64,000 bases of DNA. It comes from Candidatus Omnitrophota bacterium (GTDB taxonomy: Bacteria; Omnitrophota; Gorgyraeia; Gygaellales; Profunditerraquicolaceae). The notes beneath the pieces were generated by a model. That model was not told the origin of the DNA, did not search any database, and saw only the letters and a program-made list of their open reading frames with translations. Of this stretch, positions 7,447 to 17,620 are shown in pieces; positions within the stretch are counted from its first letter, which is position 1; every line of letters starts with the position of its first letter. The DNA lies in NCBI GenBank assembly GCA_025453445.1, contig JALOQJ010000001.1, positions 9,155 to 73,154 on the forward strand, written 5' to 3'. The translations under genes were made by a program, and so were the position numbers.

Positions 7447-9219
7447 TTAATCTTTTTTCAACGGCTGATAAGGCCTTCCACTCCAAGACACGCTGGCATG
7501 GCCGCTGAATTCCAAAACATTAAGCCTAATACCGTGTACTATTACAGACATCGGGCCAAGGACAAGGTTCAAAGCATGGCCCATTATAATTATAATCGCG
7601 CTTAAAATCAAAGCGAAAAAACTTCCCCTCCCAACATTGCCTGCCATGGCATTGAATGTATCGGCGATCGCCACACCTGCCAAGCCTACGGCAAAAAGGC
7701 GCACGTAAGAAACTACGTCGGTAAAATTGTTCATTAGGCTCAGAGCTACTGTTCCTAAGCCGCTGCCGATACATTTCAAAATATTTTTTTGCGGATTACT
7801 AAATAGAACTACTAAGGCGATACTAATACTCACCATCAATATTCCGAAACCCGGGAAGATATCGCCTAAAATCAGCGTATTCGCCAGAAAAAATGCTGTC
7901 CAAAGTACCCCAATCCAGCCAAAATCTGCCAACGCGGTCAAGGAAGGTAATTTAACTGCGATGCGCCAGGAATGTGCAATGGTTAATTGCAGCGCCCCGA
8001 GAAAAAAACAAAAACGCTGGGCGATTTGAGCATTGTTTAAACCCGGCAGGAGCGGCTTTAAACCTGAATGCATCAGCCAAGCTTGCCCGAAAAATGTTCC
8101 GGTCAACAACCCCCATATAATAGCGCAAAAACTTAAGAGATAAAAGAGAAAAAATGCTGACTTATCGCGGATTTTTTTGCCTAATTTTTTATGCAACCAA
8201 AAGGTGAGAATAAAATACACTGCGCCATAACCGGCATCACCGATTAACATACCGAAAAAAAGGCTTAAGAATATTAAAAATACCGGACTGATATCCAATT
8301 CATGATAACCGGGAACAATCTCCAACAGCTTAAAAACCGGTTGCATCAACCGGAAAAAACGGCCGCTACGCAACAAAACAGGCACATCCTCATCGTCGGA
8401 AGGCTCACTGATTACAATACCCCATTGTTTAATCTTAGCCTGAGAGAATAATTTATCAACAGCATCAAACGGAATATAGCCGGTTACATAGGAAAGCGTA
8501 CCTGTGCTGCCCATACCGGCAATCGCTTGCAGGAATTCGATTTCTTTCTCCAATCTTTTCCGTTCTCTGAGAAACGCCGCGGCCAAACGTAAATTACGGT
8601 CAATATCATACCCCAATTCTTTGATAACTCTTTCTTCCTCCACAAGCCTCAAGCGCATTGCTAAGAGGCCTTGTTTAGGCAATACTATTTCTTTGAACGG
8701 GCAATCAAATTTAGCAAGCGAAACAACTACGCAATAGCCGAATCCTGAGCGCGTGAAAAGCGGGCTTACAAAAACTCCTTGCGGAAAATCTTTTATTTGG
8801 CGCAAAGGTACATGATATAACCTAAGGTATACGCCTTTTTCTGCCAACTGGAGTATTTTTTCAGGCGAAAAATCCCCCCAAGCCTCCCAATCGCTGATTT
8901 GCTGCCGGAGATTCCGGGCAAAGGATTCTAGTTGATCGCGCCTTTTCGCCAAATCAATAATGTGCCGGGCCTTTAGTTTCCATCCATCGGGAATTTCCGG
9001 CTCCTGCATGGCCTTTTTTTTATTTTCTGCAGCCTGAGAAATAATTGCCAGGCAATTATCCAAAAGGGTTAAATTATCCCGCAGGACATTTATATCCTGG
9101 CTCTGTGCCGGATTTTGATGTTCGATATGTAAAAAACCTAAAGCGCGTAACTCATCCAATGCGCTCCAGCTGTCTTTCTGCTGGATAATTACCGTTGCTT
9201 TTTTCATCGGGACAATCAT
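7447..9219 (-). CDS. atpI: V-type ATP synthase subunit I
   Basis: 590 aa with an N-terminal cytoplasmic domain plus a multi-TM C-terminus. Operon context. Confidence 0.85.
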   Translation of the reverse strand: MIVPMKKATVIIQQKDSWSALDELRALGFLHIEHQNPAQSQDINVLRDNLTLLDNCLAIISQAAENKKKAMQEPEIPDGWKLKARHIIDLAKRRDQLESFARNLRQQISDWEAWGDFSPEKILQLAEKGVYLRLYHVPLRQIKDFPQGVFVSPLFTRSGFGYCVVVSLAKFDCPFKEIVLPKQGLLAMRLRLVEEERVIKELGYDIDRNLRLAAAFLRERKRLEKEIEFLQAIAGMGSTGTLSYVTGYIPFDAVDKLFSQAKIKQWGIVISEPSDDEDVPVLLRSGRFFRLMQPVFKLLEIVPGYHELDISPVFLIFLSLFFGMLIGDAGYGAVYFILTFWLHKKLGKKIRDKSAFFLFYLLSFCAIIWGLLTGTFFGQAWLMHSGLKPLLPGLNNAQIAQRFCFFLGALQLTIAHSWRIAVKLPSLTALADFGWIGVLWTAFFLANTLILGDIFPGFGILMVSISIALVVLFSNPQKNILKCIGSGLGTVALSLMNNFTDVVSYVRLFAVGLAGVAIADTFNAMAGNVGRGSFFALILSAIIIIMGHALNLVLGPMSVIVHGIRLNVLEFSGHASVSWSGRPYQPLKKD

Positions 9220-9830
9220 ATTGCCACCTCTAGCATATCCGCTTCAATCTTATTTTTGGCAATTTTGCTGCGTCCGACGGCATTGCTCATCTGATCGCCG
9301 ATATAAATTTTAATCCTCCGGATTGCTTCTGTCGCCTCGGGGATCTTAACTTTTTCAAAAAGATTGACCCGTTGCGTAGTAATGCGCAATTCTGCCTTCA
9401 GAATAACTATGCCCTGCTCTATCAAATTAATTTCCTGCCTTAAAGCACCGATTCCTTTTAAGGCCTCTATGGCCGCATCTACCCAAAGCGGCGTTAAAAA
9501 CAAGTCGTATTCAGCAACTTCAAAATCTATTGACTGAAAAACCGGAATATCCACTCCGGCAACATTTTTCTCTGTAGCCATTACCTTTTTAACTTTCAGC
9601 AGGCCAGATAAAAACGCTTGCTCGCCGCTGAACAACCCTGCCCATGCCACGAGTGCGGCCTTTTTAGCACTAATATCTTTTTGCCTTTCCTCTAAAAAAT
9701 GGTATTGCTGCAGAATCTCCAGTTGCAATTGTTGTTTTTTTAACTGCAAGGTCGGCAAGTACCGCTCATATTGTTTTAAGTCATCCCGCTGCCGTTTCAG
9801 TTCACCTTTAGTTAATTTTATTCTCGCCAT
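9216..9830 (-). CDS. atpD: V-type ATP synthase subunit D
   Basis: 204 aa coiled-coil protein beginning MARIKLTKGELKRQRDDLKQ. Confidence 0.85.
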   Translation of the reverse strand: MARIKLTKGELKRQRDDLKQYERYLPTLQLKKQQLQLEILQQYHFLEERQKDISAKKAALVAWAGLFSGEQAFLSGLLKVKKVMATEKNVAGVDIPVFQSIDFEVAEYDLFLTPLWVDAAIEALKGIGALRQEINLIEQGIVILKAELRITTQRVNLFEKVKIPEATEAIRRIKIYIGDQMSNAVGRSKIAKNKIEADMLEVAI

Positions 9831-9840
9831 ATTAACATCT

Positions 9841-9878
9841 GTGGGGCGGGTTTAAACCCGCCCCACCTCTGTGTATAA
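9841..9878. repeat. GTTTAAAC-centred palindrome followed by TGTGTATAA (copy b)
   Basis: GTGGGGCGGGTTT|AAACCCGCCCCAC followed by CTCTGTGTATAAT. Confidence 0.5.
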
Positions 9879-9882
9879 TTTA

Positions 9883-11181
9883 TTATTGCCTATTCGGCCA
9901 ATATTTCTCAATCATCGACTTCTTAATTCCGGTTTCCTCAGGAGAGAAACACTCTGCCATAATCCGCCACCCCTCATCAAGGGCTTTCTCGAGGGGAATA
10001 TTTACTTTTAATGACATCATTTTCTCTTCAAAAATTTTTCCGTAGCGCAGCAGTTTATTATCCCAGCTGCTCATCTGAAAACCCATTGCCCGCTTTTCCA
10101 GCGCCTGGCGATAACTGGCAAAGAGCTGAATCATTGTATCCATAATCGTCCTGTGGTCATCGCGGGTTTTACCATTTACCTGCTGCTTTAGCCGGCTTAA
10201 TGACCCAAATGGCTCAATCACTGCGTTCTTCAAATAAAACTGGCCTTCAGTAATGTAGCCGGTATTATCCGGCACTGGATGTGTCACATCATCACCGGGC
10301 ATAGTAGTCACTGCCAAGATAGTAATTGATCCGGCATTATCAAAATCAACTGCTTTTTCATAACGCGCTGCCAATTGGCTGTATAAATCTCCGGGATAAC
10401 CGCGGTTAGAAGGAATCTGCTCCATGGTGATAGCAATTTCTTTTAAGGAATCGCAGAAATTGGTCATATCTGTCAGTAGAACCAAAACTCGCTTGCCTTC
10501 TAAAGCAAAAGCTTCTGCCACTGCCAGGCTGATATCAGGCACAAGCAGGCATTCTACAATTGGATCTGCTGCAGTATGCACAAACATAATCGAGCGGGAA
10601 AGAGCGCCGTGTTGCTGCAGGGTATTCCTGAAAAAGAGGTAATCGTCGTATTTCAGGCCCAGCCCGCCTAAAATAATAATATCCACTTCAGATTGAATAG
10701 CAATCCGCGCCAATAATTCATTATAAGGCTCTCCGGGAATAGAAAATATCGGTAATTTCTGCGACTCGACCAGGCTGTTAAAAACATCGATCATCGGAAT
10801 ACCGGTGCGGATCATCCTACGCGGGATAACTCTTTTCACCGGATTCACCGGCGGAGTGCCGATATCAATAAGATTATCTGATAATTGAGGGCCGTTATCC
10901 AAGGGTGTGCCGCTGCCGTTAAAAATGCGGCCCAATAAATCATGCCCTGAAGCTACGCGCATGGCATGGCCAAAAAATTTCACCTTATCTCCTGTAGAAA
11001 CCCCGCGGCTTCCGGAAAAAACCTGTAAATATACTTTTTTCCCGTCGATACGGATAACTTGCGCCAGGGAAATGCCGAATCTTGTGGACACTTGAGCAAT
11101 ATCAGAATACCCTACGCCTTCTGCTTCTACAGTAATTACGTCCCCGGAAATCTGAATAATATTAGTGTATACTTTCTGCAT
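9883..11181 (-). CDS. atpB: V-type ATP synthase subunit B
   Basis: 432 aa non-catalytic nucleotide-binding subunit. Confidence 0.9.
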   Translation of the reverse strand: MQKVYTNIIQISGDVITVEAEGVGYSDIAQVSTRFGISLAQVIRIDGKKVYLQVFSGSRGVSTGDKVKFFGHAMRVASGHDLLGRIFNGSGTPLDNGPQLSDNLIDIGTPPVNPVKRVIPRRMIRTGIPMIDVFNSLVESQKLPIFSIPGEPYNELLARIAIQSEVDIIILGGLGLKYDDYLFFRNTLQQHGALSRSIMFVHTAADPIVECLLVPDISLAVAEAFALEGKRVLVLLTDMTNFCDSLKEIAITMEQIPSNRGYPGDLYSQLAARYEKAVDFDNAGSITILAVTTMPGDDVTHPVPDNTGYITEGQFYLKNAVIEPFGSLSRLKQQVNGKTRDDHRTIMDTMIQLFASYRQALEKRAMGFQMSSWDNKLLRYGKIFEEKMMSLKVNIPLEKALDEGWRIMAECFSPEETGIKKSMIEKYWPNRQ

Positions 11182-11191
11182 TGTCTTCCTT

Positions 11192-12931
11192 TTAAATTTT
11201 AGCTGCTACTTTTTCTTTTATCAGCGCGCGGATTTCCGCTTCGTTATTTTTAAACTCCGCGCTTAAATACGCATTGGAATTCCATCCTTTAAAAAGCTGC
11301 CTTAACTGTTGAAAATAATGCAAGGCTTCGTCTTTGGAAGTAAAAGAAAAATCCGTCTCTAATATCTGGTAGATAAAATTAAAGACATAAATCTGCCTTT
11401 CTTTAGGAGTAGCTTCATCCACCGGATCAAAAGCATTCTGCTGCAAATATACAAAATCAAAAAATTCACCCTTCAGGTAATCAATATAATCCTCAAGCGA
11501 CGTACCTTCCTCACCTATAACTTTCATCATTTGAGCGACATCAAAACTTTTGCGCAAAATATTATGCCCTGCTTCTTTTTGCTTCTCGTCAATAAAACTC
11601 CTGTATTTGCTCCAACTCAGCAATGGATCAATTGCCGGATAGCGCCTTGCATCTGAACGTTCGCGGGAAAGCCCGTGAAATGCGCCCACGACTTTTAAAG
11701 TTGCCTGAGTTACTGGTTCTTCAAAGTTCCCTCCGGCAGGGCTGACTGCCCCTCCGATAGTAACTGATCCGAGGCTGTTGTCATATAATTTTACTAAACC
11801 CGCCCGTTCATAGAACGAAGCGATACGCGACTCTAAATATGCTGGGAATGCTTCTTCCCCGGGAATTTCTTCCAGCCTGCCGGACATTTCGCGCATTGCC
11901 TGTGCCCAGCGCGAAGTTGAATCTGCTAAAAGTAAAACATTCAGCCCCATTTGGCGGTAATATTCAGCAATAGTTACAGCAGTGTAGACACTGGACTCCC
12001 TTGCAGCAACCGGCATAGAACTGGTATTACAGATAATTACCGTGCGATCCATCAAAGGCCGTGCAGTGCGCGGGTCAATTAATTCAGGAAATGTTTTTAA
12101 AGTTTCCACAACTTCCCCTGCGCGCTCACCGCAGGCAGCAATTACCACAACATCCACTTCTGCGTGGCGGCTGGTAAGCTGTTGTAAAACGGTTTTACCT
12201 GCGCCAAAAGGCCCGGGGATACAATACGTACCGCCCTTAGCCACAGGAAACAGCGAATCAATTAAACGCATTTTAGTTACCAGCGGCTCGTCGGGCTGAA
12301 GTTTTTCTTTGTAGGCTTTAATTGGGATTTTTACCGGCCAATACTGGCTTAAATAAACCGGATGGATTTTCCCGTCAGCATCTTTAATTTTAGCAACCGG
12401 CGATTTTAGATTATACCGTCCGGCAGGGACAATTTCCAGCACTTCAGAAATTCCCTGCATACCAAAAGGAGTCATAATCCTGTGTTGAAAGATTTTTTCC
12501 GGCACCACCCCTATTTTTTCTCCCGGCCGCAACTTATCTCCCGGGCTGACGCAGGGAGTAAAATCCCATTGTTCGTCGGCAACAAGCGGATCAAGGTACA
12601 GCCCGCGCTTTAAGAAAAATCCTGTTTTCTCCGCTAATAAAGGAAGCGGATTCTGTAATCCATCGAAAATCTGGCCTAACAGCCCGGGGCCAAGCTCCAC
12701 GGAAAGCAGCTCTCCGCTGAATTCAACTTCATCGTTAATCTTCAAACCGCTTGTATTTTCATAAACCTGCATTTCGGCGAGGTTTCCCTTAATCCGGATT
12801 ACTTCTGATTTTAATTTCTGCTCGCCGTGCACAACATAAGCCACTTCGTTCTGCACTACAAAAGTATCAAATTCTGTAGTAACCATATTGGCATTAATTT
12901 TTGCGATTCTGCCTTTTCTCTGTGTCTGCAT
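11192..12931 (-). CDS. atpA: V-type ATP synthase catalytic subunit A
   Basis: 579 aa with P-loop GPFGAGKT. Confidence 0.9.
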   Translation of the reverse strand: MQTQRKGRIAKINANMVTTEFDTFVVQNEVAYVVHGEQKLKSEVIRIKGNLAEMQVYENTSGLKINDEVEFSGELLSVELGPGLLGQIFDGLQNPLPLLAEKTGFFLKRGLYLDPLVADEQWDFTPCVSPGDKLRPGEKIGVVPEKIFQHRIMTPFGMQGISEVLEIVPAGRYNLKSPVAKIKDADGKIHPVYLSQYWPVKIPIKAYKEKLQPDEPLVTKMRLIDSLFPVAKGGTYCIPGPFGAGKTVLQQLTSRHAEVDVVVIAACGERAGEVVETLKTFPELIDPRTARPLMDRTVIICNTSSMPVAARESSVYTAVTIAEYYRQMGLNVLLLADSTSRWAQAMREMSGRLEEIPGEEAFPAYLESRIASFYERAGLVKLYDNSLGSVTIGGAVSPAGGNFEEPVTQATLKVVGAFHGLSRERSDARRYPAIDPLLSWSKYRSFIDEKQKEAGHNILRKSFDVAQMMKVIGEEGTSLEDYIDYLKGEFFDFVYLQQNAFDPVDEATPKERQIYVFNFIYQILETDFSFTSKDEALHYFQQLRQLFKGWNSNAYLSAEFKNNEAEIRALIKEKVAAKI

Positions 12932-12941
12932 AAGATCCCTC

Positions 12942-13475
12942 TTAAATGTTAGAAAGTGTATTTTCCATTAAAGTATTTTTATCTGCAGCCTGTATTTTTT
13001 CCCAGTGCGCTAAAATCTTCAACTTATAGGCGTAGGTAATCAGTTGCTGGAGGTTAAAAAAATTACCCACTGCCAGCTCATCCAGTAAGCGCCAGCGCTC
13101 ATGGTCTAAAATCTTTTCTGCTTCAAGCGGCGATGGACTCCTCTGCGCTGCTGAAGCTGCCTGCGCTAAAGCAGCATCCAGGTATCCGTCGCCACGTAAA
13201 TATTTCGCAGCATCAATATGCTTACGGCTGGAACGAATCTTTACCAGTTCATTGCGTAATGCCGTATCCATGGCAACCCATTGTTTCACTAATGGATATT
13301 CTGAAACTATTAAATCATAATCAGTTGCCGCCGGAAGATTTTTTAATATTTGACTGTCTTCTTCAGGGACAAATTCTTTACAGAGTTCCAAAAAACGCTC
13401 GAAAGAAAATGGCGGTTTCATCCCGAAATGCAAAACCGGCAGGCTGGAAATAAGATAAACGTAAAATGACCCCAT
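12942..13475 (-). CDS. Hypothetical protein of the V-ATPase operon. Its position corresponds to the conserved hypothetical between atpE and atpA in chlamydial/spirochaetal operons.
   Basis: 177 aa with no motif recognised. Confidence 0.5.
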   Translation of the reverse strand: MGSFYVYLISSLPVLHFGMKPPFSFERFLELCKEFVPEEDSQILKNLPAATDYDLIVSEYPLVKQWVAMDTALRNELVKIRSSRKHIDAAKYLRGDGYLDAALAQAASAAQRSPSPLEAEKILDHERWRLLDELAVGNFFNLQQLITYAYKLKILAHWEKIQAADKNTLMENTLSNI

Positions 13476-14081
13476 TTAAACTATCTCTGTTAACCTCTGA
13501 TTTAATTCCGGCTTAAGGCAAGTGCCGATATATTCTGCCAGCGCTTTATCTGTAAAATCATATTCTGATTTTCCACCGTCATAGCTGATGGTAAAGCCAC
13601 CGCGGATTTCTTCGGATGATTTTAAAGTCACGCCCTGCCGTGTCTCTTCTTTTAATTTGGGCAGGAATTCTTTCTCTAAAACGTGCAGGTCTTCTTTTTT
13701 TAAACTGATAATAATATTTTGTTTGCCTTTTTCGAAAGAACTAGAAACCATCTTGCTTAAGATATCCGATAACACGCCGTGATCAAGCCCGCGGTGCACA
13801 TCAGAAAGAATAATTTTATCGAGCATAACATTAATCTCTTTTTTTAAAGAGAGCAGGACGTCACGCGCTGCCTGCGCCAGCAAAGCGTTTTCTTTTGTCT
13901 TTGCCCGTTCGCTTTTTTCCTTGGCTGAAGAAATTATAATTTCTGCTTCCTGTTTTGCCTGTTCGATAATATTACATGTCTTTTTCAGCGCTTCGTTTTC
14001 AATCTGCCTGGCTTTTTCTTGGGCTGCTACAACACCTTCCTGATTGATTTTTTCGATTAAATTTTTAATCTCTTCTGTCAT
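13476..14081 (-). CDS. atpE: V-type ATP synthase subunit E
   Basis: Charged coiled-coil N-terminus (MTEEIKNLIEKINQEG...). Start moved to the internal Met because the track's 5' extension is encoded by an intergenic repeat. Confidence 0.7.
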   Translation of the reverse strand: MTEEIKNLIEKINQEGVVAAQEKARQIENEALKKTCNIIEQAKQEAEIIISSAKEKSERAKTKENALLAQAARDVLLSLKKEINVMLDKIILSDVHRGLDHGVLSDILSKMVSSSFEKGKQNIIISLKKEDLHVLEKEFLPKLKEETRQGVTLKSSEEIRGGFTISYDGGKSEYDFTDKALAEYIGTCLKPELNQRLTEIV

Positions 14082-14096
14082 GACAATCTCCCGTCT

Positions 14097-14182
14097 GTCA
14101 TTGCGAGGGAGCACAGCGACCGAAGCAATCCTGTTTTTGAGATTGCTTCCTGCTTCGGCTTCGCCTCGCAGTCGCAATGACA
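14097..14182. repeat. Nested inverted-repeat element (family 2, copy 1). It fills the pyrF-atpE intergenic gap.
   Basis: TGTCATTGCGAGG...CCGAAGCAATC...GATTGCTTC...CGCAATGACA. A near-identical copy lies at 55965-56035. Confidence 0.55.
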
Positions 14183-14183
14183 A

Positions 14184-14942
14184 TTAGTGTGTTTCCATTA
14201 ATAACCCCGCAACTGCTTTTAGCGGATCCTTTGCCTCCAATATCGGCCTACCTACGACTATATAGGTAGCTCCTGCTTCAATCGCCTCTTTTGCTGTCGC
14301 AACCCTCTTCTGGTCATCCACAGCTACTCCCTTAGGTCTTATCCCAGGAGTCACAATGATAAAATCTTTACCAAATTCTGTTCTTATTTTTTTAGCTTCG
14401 TAGGCTGAACATACTACACCATCAAGGCCAGCTTCTTTCGCATTTCTCGCCGATTCTAAAACTTCTTCTTCTGTAGCTAGCCTACTGGTCAAGACCGTAA
14501 CACCGATAATAAAAGGTCTATCAATATTTAACTCTCTAGCTTTTACGGTTGCTCCTTCTACTGCTTGTTTAAGCATTTCTGTCCCGCCTTGAATATGGAC
14601 TGTCATCATAAAAACCGGAAAAGCTGTCGCTTTTTTCACCTGCTCTTTAATCTTTATTTCGCCTGATCCGGACAGAATTGAATGTAATGCTATAGTACTC
14701 GCAGTACCCGAGGCTACGGCACTATATACAGTTTTTGGAATATCATAAAATTTTAGATCTAAAAATACCCGGCCACCTTTTTCTCCAATCATTTTTATAG
14801 CATCTTGGCCGCAAGAAGTAAATAACTGGCTGCCAATTTTATAAAATTTAACCTTATCGCCAAGGACATCTACGATTTTCTTTGCTTTTTCTAATGTATC
14901 CACGTCCAAAGCTACAATTAATTTATCTTTTAATTCTGACAT
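14184..14942 (-). CDS. pyrF: Orotidine-5'-phosphate decarboxylase
   Basis: N-terminus LIVALDV...KVKFYKIG; 252 aa. Confidence 0.85.
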   Translation of the reverse strand: MSELKDKLIVALDVDTLEKAKKIVDVLGDKVKFYKIGSQLFTSCGQDAIKMIGEKGGRVFLDLKFYDIPKTVYSAVASGTASTIALHSILSGSGEIKIKEQVKKATAFPVFMMTVHIQGGTEMLKQAVEGATVKARELNIDRPFIIGVTVLTSRLATEEEVLESARNAKEAGLDGVVCSAYEAKKIRTEFGKDFIIVTPGIRPKGVAVDDQKRVATAKEAIEAGATYIVVGRPILEAKDPLKAVAGLLMETH

Positions 14943-15850
14943 TTTAATGACCCGGTTAATTTTTTTATTGAATCTATATTATGTTCTTGGCAATACTTCT
15001 TGAGGCCACTGATTATTTCAATAGCTGTCCGGGGATTGACAAAATTAGCTGTGCCGATACTCACAGCTGTTGCTCCGGCAAGCATAAATTCCAAAGCATC
15101 ACAGGTATTCATTATCCCGCCCATTCCGATAATAGGAATTTTTACTTTCTGAAAAACTTCCCAGACCATGCGCACAGCTACTGGCCGCACTGCCGGGCCA
15201 CTCAAACCACCGGTAACGCAGGCAAGCTTAGGCATTCTTTTTTCTACATCGATGCATAGGCCGGGTAATGTATTAATTAACGAAACCGCATCGCTTCCTG
15301 CGCTTTCTGCTGCCTGCGCTATATCAGCAATACAAGCAACATTCGGAGACAACTTGGTAATAATTATTTTATGTGTAACCTTACGCACTTCCTTTACCAC
15401 CTCGTAGGTAGAATGCGCATCTTGAGAAATTAATTTGGTTTTCTGCAAATTTGGGCAGGAAATATTCAGTTCCACTGCAGCTACTGTTTTAATTTTATCC
15501 AGCTGCCTGGCTAAAATAACAAGCTCCTGAGGATTATCTTCCGACGATATGCTGATGATCAAAGGTACGCCGATTTTTTGCAAAGCCGGAAGTTTTTCTT
15601 TAATAAATCCTTCCATTCCCGGATTTTCCAAGCCGATGGAATTCAGCATGCCTGAGGGAGTTTCGCAGGTGCGCGGACTAGGATTTCCCTGCCGCGGCTT
15701 CAATGTGATTGTTTTCGTAACAATCGCCCCAAGTTGTTTTAAATCAATAAAATCCTTGAACTCTTCGGCATAACCAAAGGTGCCTGAGGCAACCATTACC
15801 GGGTTTTTGAGTTTTAATTTTCCAATATTAACAGAAAGCTTGTTTTGCAT
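14930..15850 (-). CDS. pyrD: Dihydroorotate dehydrogenase catalytic subunit (class 1B)
   Basis: 306 aa TIM-barrel flavoprotein with motifs LKNPVMVASGTFG and IIGMGGI. Confidence 0.85.
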   Translation of the reverse strand: MQNKLSVNIGKLKLKNPVMVASGTFGYAEEFKDFIDLKQLGAIVTKTITLKPRQGNPSPRTCETPSGMLNSIGLENPGMEGFIKEKLPALQKIGVPLIISISSEDNPQELVILARQLDKIKTVAAVELNISCPNLQKTKLISQDAHSTYEVVKEVRKVTHKIIITKLSPNVACIADIAQAAESAGSDAVSLINTLPGLCIDVEKRMPKLACVTGGLSGPAVRPVAVRMVWEVFQKVKIPIIGMGGIMNTCDALEFMLAGATAVSIGTANFVNPRTAIEIISGLKKYCQEHNIDSIKKLTGSLKCQN

Positions 15851-15851
15851 T

Positions 15852-16223
15852 CTATTTACCTAAAATCATTTTTAAAGAAATAAGCAGCAGAAAAACGCCG
15901 AATGCTTTTTTTAACACCTGCTCCGGAATATTCTGCACCAGGCCTGCTCCAATATATCCTCCCAGAAAAAATCCCACGCATATTAATGCGGCTACCGATA
16001 TGTTTACGTTACCTGACTGCCAATAACGCAGCGCAGCCAAAAGCCCGATTGGCGGAACCATTGCCGCCAAAATCGTCCCCTGTGCCTGGAGTTGCGTAAA
16101 ACCGGCTAAATATACCAACGCCGGGATAATTACTGAAGCACCACCTATACCAAAAGCCCCTCCGAAAACTCCTGCCACCAAACCCAATAAAATAAACAGC
16201 AATGAACTCATAAGCCCTCCCAA
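15852..16223 (-). CDS. TauE/SafE (TSUP) family membrane protein, half-size
   Basis: 123 aa with 4 TM segments and Gly-rich motifs typical of a DUF81 repeat unit. Confidence 0.5.
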   Translation of the reverse strand: MGGLMSSLLFILLGLVAGVFGGAFGIGGASVIIPALVYLAGFTQLQAQGTILAAMVPPIGLLAALRYWQSGNVNISVAALICVGFFLGGYIGAGLVQNIPEQVLKKAFGVFLLLISLKMILGK

Positions 16224-17035
16224 ATTATCTCTCTGCTGTTAAACACCGGGCCTTCTTTACAAACACGCTGAAAACCTGTTGTGGTTTTCACAACACAGCC
16301 TAAGCAAGCGCCGATACCACAACTCATATGCTCCTCAAGAGAAATTTGTGCCGGAATACCATGATCTTGAGAAATCCTGCTAACAGCCTTCAACATCGGC
16401 TTTGGCCCGCAAGCATAAATATAGCTTTGGGCTTTGAGCCCTGAGTTTTCGGATAAAATCTTTTTCAATAAATCTGTTACCCTGCCCCTGGAACCACACG
16501 AGCCGTCATCAGTAACTATTTTAACACTACAGCCTAATTTTTTAAATTCTTTTTCGCAGAGAATCTGACTTTTTGTTCTTGCGCCGATTAAAACCAAAGG
16601 TTTTTGCTGTTTAATCCGCTCTGCCAAAAAATACAGCGGCGCAACTCCCATCCCCCCTGCCACAATAATTGGCTGAAAGCTTCCGCCGAAGGCGGACCCG
16701 CCTGCGGCGGGGATAGCTGAAAGCTGAAAGCTGAATCCATTCCCCAGCGGGCCGATTATATCCAGATATTCCCCGGCTGCTTTATGAGACAATGCTCTTG
16801 TTGCCGGCCCGACTATTTCCACCAAAATATTACAACTCTTGCTGCTAACAGAATGCACGCCTATAGGCCGGCGCAGAAGCAGGCCGTCGCAATCAGGAAC
16901 CCTTACTTCCACAAATTGCCCCGGGCAAGCCGCAGCACTAATTTCTGGCGATACAAAAGTAAGCTTAAAATAATCCCTGCCGATTTTTTTATTGGCTAAG
17001 ATTTTAAAGTTACTCTGTAAAACTTTTTTTATCAT
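16208..17035 (-). CDS. pyrK: Dihydroorotate dehydrogenase electron-transfer subunit
   Basis: FAD/NAD-binding region plus C-terminal 2Fe-2S motif CGIGACLGC. Confidence 0.8.
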   Translation of the reverse strand: MIKKVLQSNFKILANKKIGRDYFKLTFVSPEISAAACPGQFVEVRVPDCDGLLLRRPIGVHSVSSKSCNILVEIVGPATRALSHKAAGEYLDIIGPLGNGFSFQLSAIPAAGGSAFGGSFQPIIVAGGMGVAPLYFLAERIKQQKPLVLIGARTKSQILCEKEFKKLGCSVKIVTDDGSCGSRGRVTDLLKKILSENSGLKAQSYIYACGPKPMLKAVSRISQDHGIPAQISLEEHMSCGIGACLGCVVKTTTGFQRVCKEGPVFNSREIIWEGL

Positions 17036-17038
17036 AGT

Positions 17039-17620
17039 CTAAAGATACAGGTGTATCAAAATTTTTATCCCGATGATTAAAACAAGGGTCATTGCTAACG
17101 AAGGAAGTTCTTTCTTGAGCCACGATAATTTAAAAGCAAGATAATCCCCGGGGTTTGTTGCTAATAACTTTTTTATCTTCGGAAAAAACCTCGGGGTCTG
17201 GTTGCAATAATCAATAAACACGCCTTTAAAAAAAATCATCAGCTTAACTTCTTCCTTCCTGATCTGAGGAATATATATTACCAAATAAATTATCAGGAAA
17301 ATAGCACTCACCCACCATCTTAAAAGTGCCATAATAAAACCTATCCCGATGAGCAAAGTGCCCAGATACATCGGGTTACGGGTCAAAGCATAAGGGCCTT
17401 TTACCACAAGAGTTTTACCGTCGGGATTTAATTCTGCTTTCACTCCTCTTGCAGAAATCCGTAATAAATACCCCAGAAGCACCATGCCTAACCCCAGAAT
17501 CTCCCATGCTAAGCCCTGCCCGTGTGCCGGAAGAATATGGCGGTAAAAAATAGCTATCACCGCAAAACCTGCAGCCATTAATAAACCCTGTATTTTTATT
17601 CTTTTTTTCATCTTTGACAA
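17039..17620 (-). CDS. ICMT/PEMT-family membrane methyltransferase
   Basis: GPYALTRNPMYLG motif and multiple TM segments. Confidence 0.6.
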   Translation of the reverse strand: MSKMKKRIKIQGLLMAAGFAVIAIFYRHILPAHGQGLAWEILGLGMVLLGYLLRISARGVKAELNPDGKTLVVKGPYALTRNPMYLGTLLIGIGFIMALLRWWVSAIFLIIYLVIYIPQIRKEEVKLMIFFKGVFIDYCNQTPRFFPKIKKLLATNPGDYLAFKLSWLKKELPSLAMTLVLIIGIKILIHLYL

